A stretch of DNA of 34,992 nucleotides from a virus (IMGVR_UViG_3300032212_000097:1-34992), one strand, 5' to 3'. Shown: positions 1 to 8,756, counted from the stretch's first letter. Notes: generated by a model from the letters alone, not told the origin. Translations and numbers: made by a program.

Positions 1-127
1 TTTCAAGGCGTATTCAGCCATTTTGACTTGCGCGTTGATATGGGCAGTCTCTTTCGCTGATTGCGCCTTTAAAAGTTCGGTTTGTGATTTGCTTTGCTCA
101 ACAAGCGTGTTGTTCTTGAGCTCTTCC
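1..127. repeat. Terminal direct repeat (circular assembly overlap), left copy
   Basis: 1-127 is identical to 34866-34992. The portal reading frame continues across the junction. Confidence 0.95.
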
Positions 128-1947
128 TCAAGTGCTTGGGCATGTTGCGTAATCTGTTGAATTTGTTGCTGTGCCTGTTGGAGAGCCTGCATCATTTGCA
201 TTTTTTCAGGGTCTTCTTCGCCCTGTTTGCGCTCGTCTTCTTCCAAAAGGTTGGGGTCGATGATCTTTTTCATGCGCTCGGCCATTGCGTCGGAGCCTGA
301 AACATCGCTGTATTTGAAATACAAATCACCCATGATTTTCATCATGTCGCCATTACCTGTAATCATTTTCTCATAGAGAGCGGCGGCCTCTTGACGGCGT
401 GTCGTGAATGCGGCACCTGTGACAACCTTGACGTCATAGCGGCCTTTTGTGAGGTCGTAATCTTCCTCTTGTTTTTCTTGGCGTTTCGCACCGTTGATAG
501 AAACCTGTTTTGGCTCGTCTTCCTCACCAATGATGCGAATGACGCGCTTTGTGTCGTAGATGTGAGGGATGGCGTCGGCAAGAACGCGGCCAACATGCGT
601 GATGGATTTAACGAGGTTATCGCCAAAGTGATATGTGGCAATATCGCCTTCCATTTTGCGTTGGTTGATTGCAACGCCGGAGGTCTCGTTTGACTTGGCA
701 CCGATTGACGCGTTGTACATACCCATAGTGGCTTTAATATCGTCCACTGTTGAGCGTGATGCATTGACCACACCTGTTGGCAATGTTGGTGGGTTCAAGC
801 GTTGCGGTGGTGGTACCGGCTTACCGTCAACATCGGTTGTTTTGTAGCGTAGGACATACGCCTTGCTTGGATTTGTCCAATCTTCTTCATACTCTTCCGT
901 CTGACCTTCGGCGGCCATAACCGGAGCTTGAGGCTGTTTCATTAGGAGCTCAGTTTCAAGAGACTTCCAATAGTTAAACATGCGCTGTGCGTCTTTTGAC
1001 TTGCGGATAAGGCTGTTTACGTGGCGCTTGCCGTCAATCCATGCCTCTTCACCATAGACAGGGATTAATGGGATGTGTTTGCCCGGAAACGTGGTCTCTT
1101 CAAGAACTTCTTTACCGTTAAGCATGTAGCGCATGACTTTACGCTTTTTGATCTTGCGTGTTTTCTTGTACTCCGTGCCCTCAACGTATTCTTGCACCTT
1201 GTCATCGTTGTCGATGCCGATAGTTTTGCATTCTTCAATAACTTCGAAGTATTCAACAACGGTCACGTCATCGGTATCTTTCAGGTCTATGTCTTCACCT
1301 TTGCCATCTTCGAAACTGGCAACATCTTTATTAGGCCAACGCTCTTTGTGCTCCTTAACGGTCATGGTCTCTTTGATAAGACCGCGCATAGCGTCGCTTC
1401 CATCCGGTTCAACAGATTTACGATCTAAAGTCACTGAAAATGGGTTGGTGACGCGCTTAATTACAAGCTTTTGGTCGAATGATTTTGAGCAATCATCGTC
1501 GTACTCATGGTCAATACGGATGAAACCAATTGAACATTTCACTGCGAAGGTTGCGGCCGTGTCATAGGCGTTGTCAGCGTTTGAACTGTATTCAATGTTC
1601 TTGATTAAACCCTTGAAGATTTCAGCGTTTTTCGCGTCGGCTTCCATACCACCTGGTATCACATTGATGGTCGGTGTGTTGATGCGAATATCGTTTACGA
1701 CTTGGTGCACGAACTGCCCCAGCTGGTCGGCCGAGATGGCCGGGCGGCCTTCGCTTGCACGAGAGGCGAGAACCTTTGCGTCCCATTGGGCATCTTCAGC
1801 GTCTGACAGGAAATGAAGATCATCCTTAGCTTTTTCGTAAACATGACGCCATGCCTGCTTATCCTCTTGATAGCCAGCAAGTGCGCGCGCCACGACTTCG
1901 TTTTGTCCGCCTTCAGTGTTCTCTGTATTTTCGGTCTGATTATCCAT
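1..1947 (-). CDS. P22-like portal protein, 5' part (continues at 34865-34746; about 688 aa in total)
   Basis: Not in the ORF track because it runs off the edge. ATG at 1947 overlaps the terL stop (TAATG). Translates MDNQTENT...DLHFL...QW...EGRPAISADQLGQFVHQVVNDIRINTPTINV..., typical of P22-type portals; lies between terL and scaffold. Confidence 0.88.
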   Translation of the reverse strand, partial: MDNQTENTENTEGGQNEVVARALAGYQEDKQAWRHVYEKAKDDLHFLSDAEDAQWDAKVLASRASEGRPAISADQLGQFVHQVVNDIRINTPTINVIPGGMEADAKNAEIFKGLIKNIEYSSNADNAYDTAATFAVKCSIGFIRIDHEYDDDCSKSFDQKLVIKRVTNPFSVTLDRKSVEPDGSDAMRGLIKETMTVKEHKERWPNKDVASFEDGKGEDIDLKDTDDVTVVEYFEVIEECKTIGIDNDDKVQEYVEGTEYKKTRKIKKRKVMRYMLNGKEVLEETTFPGKHIPLIPVYGEEAWIDGKRHVNSLIRKSKDAQRMFNYWKSLETELLMKQPQAPVMAAEGQTEEYEEDWTNPSKAYVLRYKTTDVDGKPVPPPQRLNPPTLPTGVVNASRSTVDDIKATMGMYNASIGAKSNETSGVAINQRKMEGDIATYHFGDNLVKSITHVGRVLADAIPHIYDTKRVIRIIGEEDEPKQVSINGAKRQEKQEEDYDLTKGRYDVKVVTGAAFTTRRQEAAALYEKMITGNGDMMKIMGDLYFKYSDVSGSDAMAERMKKIIDPNLLEEDERKQGEEDPEKMQMMQALQQAQQQIQQITQHAQALEEELKNNTLVEQSKSQTELLKAQSAKETAHINAQVKMAEYALK

Positions 1948-3293
1948 TAATTACTCATCCAGTTACCTTTTTGACCACTGCCCATCATTGGCTTTTTCGT
2001 GACGGTGGTCGGTTTCATCAATCCTTCTTTGTGTGCAATAGCTCCGGTGCGGAAGCCGTCGGCTCCGTTACTTGCCCAATCGTGCTTGGGGTGTTGCTTA
2101 AAGCACTTGTTTTTGTTGTCCCATTCTCTGTGGTAGCTCCGCAGACATTCGAGGCCTTGCTTTGCCTTTTCTTTGTCGAACCAGACCATAGGGATGAACT
2201 GGCGCGTAAGTTTGATCTCAATATCAAGCGATGCGGCACGTGACAGAGTGGCCACGGTAAAGCCAAGGTCTCTGAACTGCTTTGCGTAGCTCATGCCTGT
2301 GGATAAACGGCCGTGCTCGCCGTCATGCGGCAAGATCAATTTCCCGTACAAATACGGCTTTTGGTTCAAGAACTGTGCATAAGCTGGGATACTGCCACCG
2401 CTAGATTCGTGATAATCGATCACGCGAGGCTCGCGGCCAATGATCTGCCAGAACCACATAGAGGTGCTATCACCCCAGCCCAAGTCAAAGGTCACATAGA
2501 CAGGTTCGCCCTGAACGTATGGAACAGAACAAATCCGGCCTTGCGCTTCAGCGTTGACCATTTCCGTGCCGTAATAGGCTCCGGGCAATGCCGCATCGAA
2601 ACTGCAATAATATTCCTGCTGAAACTTGGCCTTTCCCTCATCAATGCCGTAACCAGCAATGAGTTCTTGCTCAATCCGTTTCAACTGTTCGGCCGTGAAC
2701 ACGTTTGTGTCGGCCACCGTTTGTTTTTCGCAATACCATTCGTCTGAAGCCTCGGCCATTTCATAGAATGATTTGGCGTGGTTTCTTCCCCGCGGGGTCG
2801 TGATAAAGAACGCCCAACCACCGTTTTCTTCCAAGATCGGTTGGATGTATGGCCACGCCGCAGGGTTTGCAAGTGCCCACTCAGAGAAGACGACACCGAC
2901 CGGAGGGGAGCCGACCAGAGAGTCATAGTTATCGCTTCCCAAGACCTGCCAGATTGAGCCGTTTACAAACTCAATAAGCATTTCGTTGTTGTTTGTGCGC
3001 TTTCGTATTGAGAGAGGGAATGCCTCATCAATTCTGCGCTTTCCAGTATGCGAGTTAATCGCGTTCCAAACCGCTTTCTTGGCTTGGTTCGCCTGCGGTA
3101 GCATGTGCCAATAGTTCCCGACACGTTGCATGGCCGCAGTTGCTGTATAGTGCAAGCACACATCGTCTTTACCCCAACGTCTGTGCGCCACCTCATAGGC
3201 TCTACGGCCTCCGTTCTCAAGGTGCTGCCACAATGGGGTTTGGTAAACACGAGGCTCCCAATTATTCGGCAAGATGATTTCAGACATTGTCAC
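1947..3293 (-). CDS. terL: Terminase large subunit
   Basis: Walker A-like HRRWGKD, Walker B VVFSE, ITTPRG motif, RNase H-like nuclease FDLGWGD...ADGFR. Confidence 0.95.
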   Translation of the reverse strand: MTMSEIILPNNWEPRVYQTPLWQHLENGGRRAYEVAHRRWGKDDVCLHYTATAAMQRVGNYWHMLPQANQAKKAVWNAINSHTGKRRIDEAFPLSIRKRTNNNEMLIEFVNGSIWQVLGSDNYDSLVGSPPVGVVFSEWALANPAAWPYIQPILEENGGWAFFITTPRGRNHAKSFYEMAEASDEWYCEKQTVADTNVFTAEQLKRIEQELIAGYGIDEGKAKFQQEYYCSFDAALPGAYYGTEMVNAEAQGRICSVPYVQGEPVYVTFDLGWGDSTSMWFWQIIGREPRVIDYHESSGGSIPAYAQFLNQKPYLYGKLILPHDGEHGRLSTGMSYAKQFRDLGFTVATLSRAASLDIEIKLTRQFIPMVWFDKEKAKQGLECLRSYHREWDNKNKCFKQHPKHDWASNGADGFRTGAIAHKEGLMKPTTVTKKPMMGSGQKGNWMSN

Positions 3294-3807
3294 CCGTGAA
3301 TTTCCGGACGACGACCGTCAAAGGCTTATCATCAATGTTGCCGTGTTCGATCTGTTCAGAGAACAGTTTTAGGTGCTTCCCAAGCAGTTCAAGTGATGCT
3401 TTCTTGTCTGCCAATTTGATGTTATGCGTGTATTCGACCTTGCCCTTACCGAGCTTTCTTGAGGTCACGTTTACCGACTGAACAGCGGCCGCCGCTTTGT
3501 CTTTTAGGTCTTCAACACCTAGCGGTTTGCCGTCTTCGTCGAACATTTCCCGAATGTCGGAAAATCCAATCTTTGCCAATTCCTGTAAAACCTTATCGGC
3601 TGTGATATCGAGGCGGTCACAACGCTTTTTCGTCTGTGCCTCAAGATATTCAGCGATTTCAGGTTTTTTCAATAGCTCAAAACCGATGCTTCCGGCCGTT
3701 TTTTTCGAATATCCGGCACGAGTTGCGGCTTGTGTTGCGTTAAAGTCAATGAGGTATTCTTTACAAAACATCTTGTGTTTTGCATTCAGTTTTTTCTTCT
3801 TTGTCAT
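3280..3807 (-). CDS. terS: Terminase small subunit
   Basis: LNAKHKMFCKEYLIDFNATQAATRAGYSKKTA...LLKKPEI, Terminase_2-type; directly upstream of terL. Confidence 0.93.
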   Translation of the reverse strand: MTKKKKLNAKHKMFCKEYLIDFNATQAATRAGYSKKTAGSIGFELLKKPEIAEYLEAQTKKRCDRLDITADKVLQELAKIGFSDIREMFDEDGKPLGVEDLKDKAAAAVQSVNVTSRKLGKGKVEYTHNIKLADKKASLELLGKHLKLFSEQIEHGNIDDKPLTVVVRKFTGDNV

Positions 3808-3906
3808 GTGGCTTCTTTCTAAAAAATGACAGGCTCGGCGGCGCCGCAGAATTTTTTGCAGGAGGACGCCGCCGAACGATCGTGTGTTTCAGGAGAACAC
3901 AGAATC

Positions 3907-3938
3907 AAAAAAGCCCCGCAACCTAGGGAATACGGGGC
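3907..3938 (-). terminator. Intrinsic terminator in late leader
   Basis: Minus strand GCCCCGUA-loop-UGCGGGGC followed by U6. Confidence 0.75.
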
Positions 3939-3959
3939 AATTATCTAAATTTTAGTTAT

Positions 3960-3984
3960 AAAAAAAGCCGCTCAAATGGCGGCT
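3960..3984 (-). terminator. Intrinsic terminator (tR'-like)
   Basis: Minus strand AGCCGC-CAUUUGA-GCGGCU followed by a U-tract. Confidence 0.8.
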
Positions 3985-4012
3985 GGGTGTAGTTCGTTTA
4001 ACAATACATAAA

Positions 4013-4041
4013 ATGTTAGGGGAATTTGGGGAATTTGTCCA
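4013..4041 (-). promoter_or_regulatory. Putative late promoter (pR'-like)
   Basis: TGGACA-17 bp-TAACAT on the minus strand; tandem AAATTCCCC repeat across the spacer. Confidence 0.55.
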
Positions 4042-4044
4042 ATT

Positions 4045-4272
4045 TTAAAATTCCCCACTTTTCCCATCTTCGTCAAATGGTTCGATAAAAGCGACCTCTC
4101 CGGGCTCATTTTTTATATCGTTTGTAATCACGAATAACTTTTCTTCCGGTACATAGAAACCGAAAAACATTTTAATGCGCTCCCATCGTGTGTAATTTCT
4201 GGGCAGGCTGATAATGTCGCCTTTTTCAAAGTGTGTGCCGTAGCTGAAAAATTTACTCTGTTGTTCTTTCAT
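4045..4272 (-). CDS. Hypothetical protein
   Basis: 75 aa ORF, TAATG-coupled to the upstream gene. Confidence 0.7.
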   Translation of the reverse strand: MKEQQSKFFSYGTHFEKGDIISLPRNYTRWERIKMFFGFYVPEEKLFVITNDIKNEPGEVAFIEPFDEDGKSGEF

Positions 4273-4754
4273 TAGGTGAACCTCTTGGCCATATCAGCAA
4301 ATTCTTTCTTGGTTTCAATCTCTCTATTTAGGAGGTCGGTTAACATTTGTATTCCGCTGTCATACCAGCTTTTCGCGGTCTTATGATCTCGCTTGATCAT
4401 CTTTCCGATCTTCCGCCAGCTGTACAGGCGCTTTCCTGTGATTGGATCCCCGAGACTTCCAAGAACGACCATACGGGCAAAGTGCAAACACTTTTTACGT
4501 CGGCAATGCTTTGAAAGGCGGAAACGCCACTCCATGACTTCCTCCCAATCGGTAATGTCGCTTGCGGTTGGCTGTGGCGGTTTCATTGTTGTCTCGTTAT
4601 ATCCGTAGCTTTCAGACGGCTCCTGTGGATAGTCCGGCCATGCGGCTTTGTATTTAGCTGGATAGCATCCGGTGACACGTAATGCGATTTCAGTTTCTCC
4701 GGCGTCTTCAATTCTTCTTTTGATATATCCAAATGTGTATTTTTCTAAATTCAA
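4272..4754 (-). CDS. DUF6362-like putative late activator/antiterminator with C-terminal HTH
   Basis: WPDY...YGY...P.PTASDIT..EEVMEW and SWRKIGKMIKRDHKTAKSW HTH; occupies the Q-like position; TTG start with GGGAG RBS. Confidence 0.6.
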   Translation of the reverse strand: MNLEKYTFGYIKRRIEDAGETEIALRVTGCYPAKYKAAWPDYPQEPSESYGYNETTMKPPQPTASDITDWEEVMEWRFRLSKHCRRKKCLHFARMVVLGSLGDPITGKRLYSWRKIGKMIKRDHKTAKSWYDSGIQMLTDLLNREIETKKEFADMAKRFT

Positions 4755-4779
4755 TGCTGTTCTCCCAAACTTATTGCTT

Positions 4780-5181
4780 TTAACTGTTGAATAGGTCGTT
4801 TTCTTTATTCAAGTCGCTCCACGGTACGCCGTTCACCGTTACGAGAATTTTTCTCCCGTCATCCCCTGGTGAACCCAAATAGATACCCTTATTTGGCTTT
4901 GGGCTTTGAAGGATGATCACGTCATTTCCAAAAACTTTCTTGAGGGTGTGCAGGTGGTGCGTGATGGTAAATTCTCGATGAAAGCTGTTGCACATTGTCC
5001 ACTCGTTTTTGTCCGCGTTGTATCGGCCGTGTTTTACAAGACCTAAGACTTGGTGCGTTTCCATGCCTGCCTTAGCAAGTTTGTTCCAATGATCGCCTTT
5101 GAGCTTAACCATGAAATAACTACCGTTTTGCAGAATTTCTCTGTCTTTGGCGTCTACAATTTTTTTTACTTCTCCGGTCAC
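4780..5181 (-). CDS. Hypothetical protein
   Basis: Probable GTG start at 5181 with AGGAGG RBS, overlapping the initiator stop (GTGA). Confidence 0.65.
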   Translation of the reverse strand: MTGEVKKIVDAKDREILQNGSYFMVKLKGDHWNKLAKAGMETHQVLGLVKHGRYNADKNEWTMCNSFHREFTITHHLHTLKKVFGNDVIILQSPKPNKGIYLGSPGDDGRKILVTVNGVPWSDLNKENDLFNS

Positions 5182-5918
5182 TTTTTTTCCTCCTTTTCTT
5201 CGAATAAATGCACTGGGAAATCCTCTACGTCTGCAATTTCTGAATTGCTGTATTGATCGTTCCAATGTTGGCCATGTAACCATGTTGATGGCATTTTCCA
5301 TGGCCTCCAATCTTCTTTGTGGGTTTTGTATCGGACTAATCCCGCAAGAATAATTTCTTGCGATACCTCCTCACGTGCGTTCTGATATTTTTCTTTAGCT
5401 GTTTTTTTTCCTTCTTTTCGGGGGTATGCTTTCCAAAAGGCTTCAAAGTCTTCTGAATAATCTTTTTTAGATTTAGAACCTTTATCTTTCTTTTTATTCT
5501 TTAAGTTCTTTTCTTTCTTTATCTTTGTCCGAAGCGGTGTCTGGGTGCTGTCTGCCTGCTGTCCTAAGTCCTGTCTGTTTGCTGTCTGGGTGCTGTCTGG
5601 ATTGTCCTGATATTCCGAGTAATTACAGATAGTTATAAGATTTTGACCTGTCCTAACCTCTGTCTGGATCATGTCCCATTTTTTGAAGTGTTTTAGAATT
5701 GTTTCCATTTTACCTGTCTTGATTCCTATCGCCTTCGCCATAAAACGAATGGAATGGGAGAATTGGCCACGCTCGATGCGCACCGGATTTCCGTTGATCG
5801 CAATGGTTTTTGCTTCAATTTCGGCATTCTCGATCATCCATAGCCATGCAATGCGTTCATCATTGTTTCTGAACACGGGGCTTTTCTGCCATCCTCTGTG
5901 TGTTTTAAACCAGCTCAC
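5178..5918 (-). CDS. Replication initiator (lambda O-like)
   Basis: N-terminal wHTH-like region, repetitive linker, C-terminal FEAFWKAYPRKEGKKTA...PSTWL..QHW. Confidence 0.85.
   Translation of the reverse strand: MSWFKTHRGWQKSPVFRNNDERIAWLWMIENAEIEAKTIAINGNPVRIERGQFSHSIRFMAKAIGIKTGKMETILKHFKKWDMIQTEVRTGQNLITICNYSEYQDNPDSTQTANRQDLGQQADSTQTPLRTKIKKEKNLKNKKKDKGSKSKKDYSEDFEAFWKAYPRKEGKKTAKEKYQNAREEVSQEIILAGLVRYKTHKEDWRPWKMPSTWLHGQHWNDQYSNSEIADVEDFPVHLFEEKEEKK
5526..5608. repeat. Replication origin iterons inside the initiator gene
   Basis: TGTCTG/TGTCC units about 11 bp apart; TGTCTGGGTGCTGTCTG at 5538 and 5583; AT-rich tract at about 5460-5525. Confidence 0.7.
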
Positions 5919-7021
5919 TTCAAACTCTCCTGTAATTCCGTTATGCGCTTTTGCGCTTTTGCTTCGCTCTCATATGCCCCGCCTTTGTAAGCTCTGTTAA
6001 AAATCCTGTGTGTCAGCACAGGAGATACAGTGTTTCCCATTTGTTTATATGCTTGAGTATCAGATAAGTGGTTTACCCAGTTGTCTGGAAAACCATGTAA
6101 ACGGCAACATTCAATTGGCGTTAAACGCCTTATATACTGACCGTCATAAACGCCGTGTCTATCCTGTGTAGTTAGTGTGAAACTTATATCTTTTTTGAAA
6201 CGTGGTCCGTTCTGGCGTTTTTCTTTTCTATCTGGTGTAAGCACCCCCATAACACACGGTTGACCACTACCGTCTTCTCTAGCTCTTGCAGGTATTGTTG
6301 GGCAATCGCCATTTGACGTTGCTCTAAATCCCTTTCCGTCGTTGTGAGTGCGTAGCGTGCCCGCAATAAGGGTCATGCTTGAGTGTAATCCCCCGCTGTT
6401 TCCTCCGGCTGTGAGGCAATTAACTGCGGTTTGCTTTGTCCTTTTAAAAGACCTTTCAGTTTCTCTTCCGATAGGAAATACTTTTGGTCTGGTTCTGCCT
6501 CTAAGATGTCCCACAAAGTAAATTCGCTCTCTATTTTGGGGGAGAAACCATCTAGTATTAAGCAATTGCCATTGGCAGTCATAAAGCCCAAGGTCGGCGA
6601 TTGTTCGCAATACTGTCGTAAAGTCTCGTCCGGGTTCTTCCTTTGGACTACTGAAAAGACCTTTGACGTTTTCAAAGATAAAAGTTTCGGGTTTGAGCTC
6701 CCGCACAAGTCTAATTGCTTCAAAGAAGAGAGATGATCTACTGCCTCCCAATCCTTTCCCGTCACCAGCAACTGAAACATCTTGGCAAGGGAATCCAAAA
6801 GTGATGAGGTTGATTTTTTCACCATTGAGTTTTCCTCGAACAGGTTGAATTGATCTAATGTCATTTAAAGCCTCACTGTTTTTAAAATGTCGTTCATATG
6901 TTTTGTTTGCATTCTTGTCTATATCGCTGTGCGCCTCATATCCAATCGATACACCTGCAAGGTCTAGCCCGTATCGAAAGCCACCACATCCAGAGAATAA
7001 ATCAAGATAATTAATGGTCAT
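5915..7021 (-). CDS. DNA (cytosine-5) methyltransferase
   Basis: LFSGCGG (I), GFPCQD (IV), ENVKG (VI), QNRERIY (VIII), RRLTPIECCRLHGFP (IX), YKQMGNTV (X). ATG at 7021 overlaps the upstream stop (ATGA). Confidence 0.95.
   Translation of the reverse strand: MTINYLDLFSGCGGFRYGLDLAGVSIGYEAHSDIDKNANKTYERHFKNSEALNDIRSIQPVRGKLNGEKINLITFGFPCQDVSVAGDGKGLGGSRSSLFFEAIRLVRELKPETFIFENVKGLFSSPKEEPGRDFTTVLRTIADLGLYDCQWQLLNTRWFLPQNRERIYFVGHLRGRTRPKVFPIGRETERSFKRTKQTAVNCLTAGGNSGGLHSSMTLIAGTLRTHNDGKGFRATSNGDCPTIPARAREDGSGQPCVMGVLTPDRKEKRQNGPRFKKDISFTLTTQDRHGVYDGQYIRRLTPIECCRLHGFPDNWVNHLSDTQAYKQMGNTVSPVLTHRIFNRAYKGGAYESEAKAQKRITELQESLK
6373..6864 (-). CDS. Nested +1-frame ORF resembling the M.EcoHK31I beta-type MTase subunit
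   Basis: 163 aa; GTGAGG RBS 6 nt before ATG; contains TLWDILEAEPDQKYFLSEEKLKGLL, a C5-MTase-type segment missing from the main frame. Confidence 0.7.
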   Translation of the reverse strand: MTLDQFNLFEENSMVKKSTSSLLDSLAKMFQLLVTGKDWEAVDHLSSLKQLDLCGSSNPKLLSLKTSKVFSVVQRKNPDETLRQYCEQSPTLGFMTANGNCLILDGFSPKIESEFTLWDILEAEPDQKYFLSEEKLKGLLKGQSKPQLIASQPEETAGDYTQA

Positions 7022-7575
7022 TTGTAGATCCTGTCTAAAACTGTTCCGTTGTGTTGCCCTTTTTCCCATACAAACCAAGCGTGCGCGGTAGGGGTTCCAG
7101 CTTTGTCTTTGTTCTCTTCATGTAGGTCATATCGCCAGCATGTGGCGCGTTGACCGCACAGATAAATGCGTTGTGGCGGATGCTTGTCCCAGAAGTCTTG
7201 ACGCCCTTTGCTTTCAAACCATGCGAAGCGCTGAAAACAGACAATCTTTTTCGCTCCGAGCTCTATAGATTTCTCGACAAATTCAACAGCCTTGGAAAAT
7301 GGCGGGTTCATAAAGACGCTTGTGTTTCTGAATGGAAATGCGTCCATATCTAAAAAATCTTTCAGGCGTGTACCAAAGAACCCCCAATCATGAATGTCGT
7401 ATGGAATAGGGCTGTACCCTGCTTTTCTAGCGGCGGCAGTCATTACACCTGTTCCGCAACAGGGATCCACAATGTGTTGTGTAAGGGTTTCTTTTTCGAG
7501 AATGCGATCAATGGCCCATTGTGGCGTCACATAGTGTTCAAATTCGATCGCTTTATCTTTCAATTCTGCGCTCAT
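7018..7575 (-). CDS. DNA amino (N6-adenine/N4-cytosine) methyltransferase
   Basis: YVTP.W, VDPCCGTG SAM-binding motif, catalytic NPPF, C-terminal AWFVW. Confidence 0.88.
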   Translation of the reverse strand: MSAELKDKAIEFEHYVTPQWAIDRILEKETLTQHIVDPCCGTGVMTAAARKAGYSPIPYDIHDWGFFGTRLKDFLDMDAFPFRNTSVFMNPPFSKAVEFVEKSIELGAKKIVCFQRFAWFESKGRQDFWDKHPPQRIYLCGQRATCWRYDLHEENKDKAGTPTAHAWFVWEKGQHNGTVLDRIYK

Positions 7576-8078
7576 TTATCCCCCCGTTTCGTAATCATCA
7601 AATCAAGCATTGCGATTGCGTCGGCTTCGTTGTCGTCGTATGGAGAGTGCCCCCATGATTCAACAGCCGCGATAACGGCGGGTTTGCCTGCGTTTGCATT
7701 GCCCGTGGCATGCTTTTTGATAGATTTAATCTGTACAGGAACACAACGCAGTTTCTTTAAGACGCAAAATGCTTGGATTTCCCCCATGAAGCCTGCATAT
7801 GAGTACGCGGGGTTTACCTTCCTTGATCGCTGGAATTGGACGTCCTCATAATAGATCGTTTCAAGGGTGGGGCTTTCGTTGTAAATCTCATATAAAAATT
7901 GTCGCATTTTAAGAGTGCGCGCTCCTATGTTTCGGTGCTTTAATGGACGTGAGCCGCTTTTAATTTCCCCATTCTGAGTGCGAACGGCATAGCCCATTTG
8001 TTGCCCTATATCGATCGCCAAAAGAGGCGGCCATCCAAGACCGCTCTTATTGTTTGGTTTTTGGATGGCCTTGCTCAT
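7572..8078 (-). CDS. RuvC-like Holliday junction resolvase
   Basis: LLAIDIG...YYE...IKKHATGNANAGK...DDNEADAIA. Confidence 0.85.
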   Translation of the reverse strand: MSKAIQKPNNKSGLGWPPLLAIDIGQQMGYAVRTQNGEIKSGSRPLKHRNIGARTLKMRQFLYEIYNESPTLETIYYEDVQFQRSRKVNPAYSYAGFMGEIQAFCVLKKLRCVPVQIKSIKKHATGNANAGKPAVIAAVESWGHSPYDDNEADAIAMLDLMITKRGDK

Positions 8079-8079
8079 A

Positions 8080-8577
8080 TTATGCTGCCTCCGCGTCCGC
8101 TTCGTTGACACTGTCTGCCAATTCTTCTTCGTCTTCGTCAAAGAGGTCTTGCTGTGCTCGTGCACCATTTACAAATGCCTCAGCCTCTTCTCGGATTGCT
8201 TGCAGTAATTCCAATGTGTTTTGGTCAAATACTGCATCGTTCTGGCCTTCTGAGCCTTCCCACATTAACGGGGTGCTCATATTGAAGGGGCTAGAACAGT
8301 GAGAGAGTTTTTTCTGCGCTGAAATAACGGCTCCCATGCCTTTTGTTTCATGGTCACGGAAAGACACGCCGGATACGATAACCGTATCAAGATATTTTGC
8401 AGGTAAACTCACAACAGATTGCAAGTGCCTGGTCAAAGCGGCCATAGAATCTGTGAATTTCTGGCTTCGGGTGTCTTCCGATTTTAGAAACGTATTTTGT
8501 GTTGTTTTGACGTTGGGATTATCGTTATAAACGATTTCCGTTTCGTCTCCTTTGATTTTTACTTTGATAATATCCAT
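8080..8577 (-). CDS. Conserved-type phage hypothetical protein
   Basis: 165 aa ORF with AGGAG RBS and an acidic tail (...AFVNGARAQQDLF). Confidence 0.8.
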   Translation of the reverse strand: MDIIKVKIKGDETEIVYNDNPNVKTTQNTFLKSEDTRSQKFTDSMAALTRHLQSVVSLPAKYLDTVIVSGVSFRDHETKGMGAVISAQKKLSHCSSPFNMSTPLMWEGSEGQNDAVFDQNTLELLQAIREEAEAFVNGARAQQDLFDEDEEELADSVNEADAEAA

Positions 8578-8756
8578 GTGTTTTGTCTCCTTTAGGGTTG
8601 TTATGGATGTGGTAAAGTACGGCCGCGCGCTATTTTTTGCGGTCGTTTAAAGCCTTCTCAGCTTTATTCGTGAAATATTTGGATGCTGTGTTGAAGCGTT
8701 CGCCAAACCAAAAGGATGTTTGGGCGAGGTTCACTGTAATTCTGGCTAGAAAAAAA

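Noticed and set aside
1-127. 127-bp repeat as biological terminal repeats
   Set aside because: It falls mid-portal and its length equals a common assembler k-mer, so it is most likely an assembly overlap.
94-1880. Many short ORFs listed in the track
   Set aside because: They are shadows of the portal gene on other frames or strands, with no RBS or motifs.
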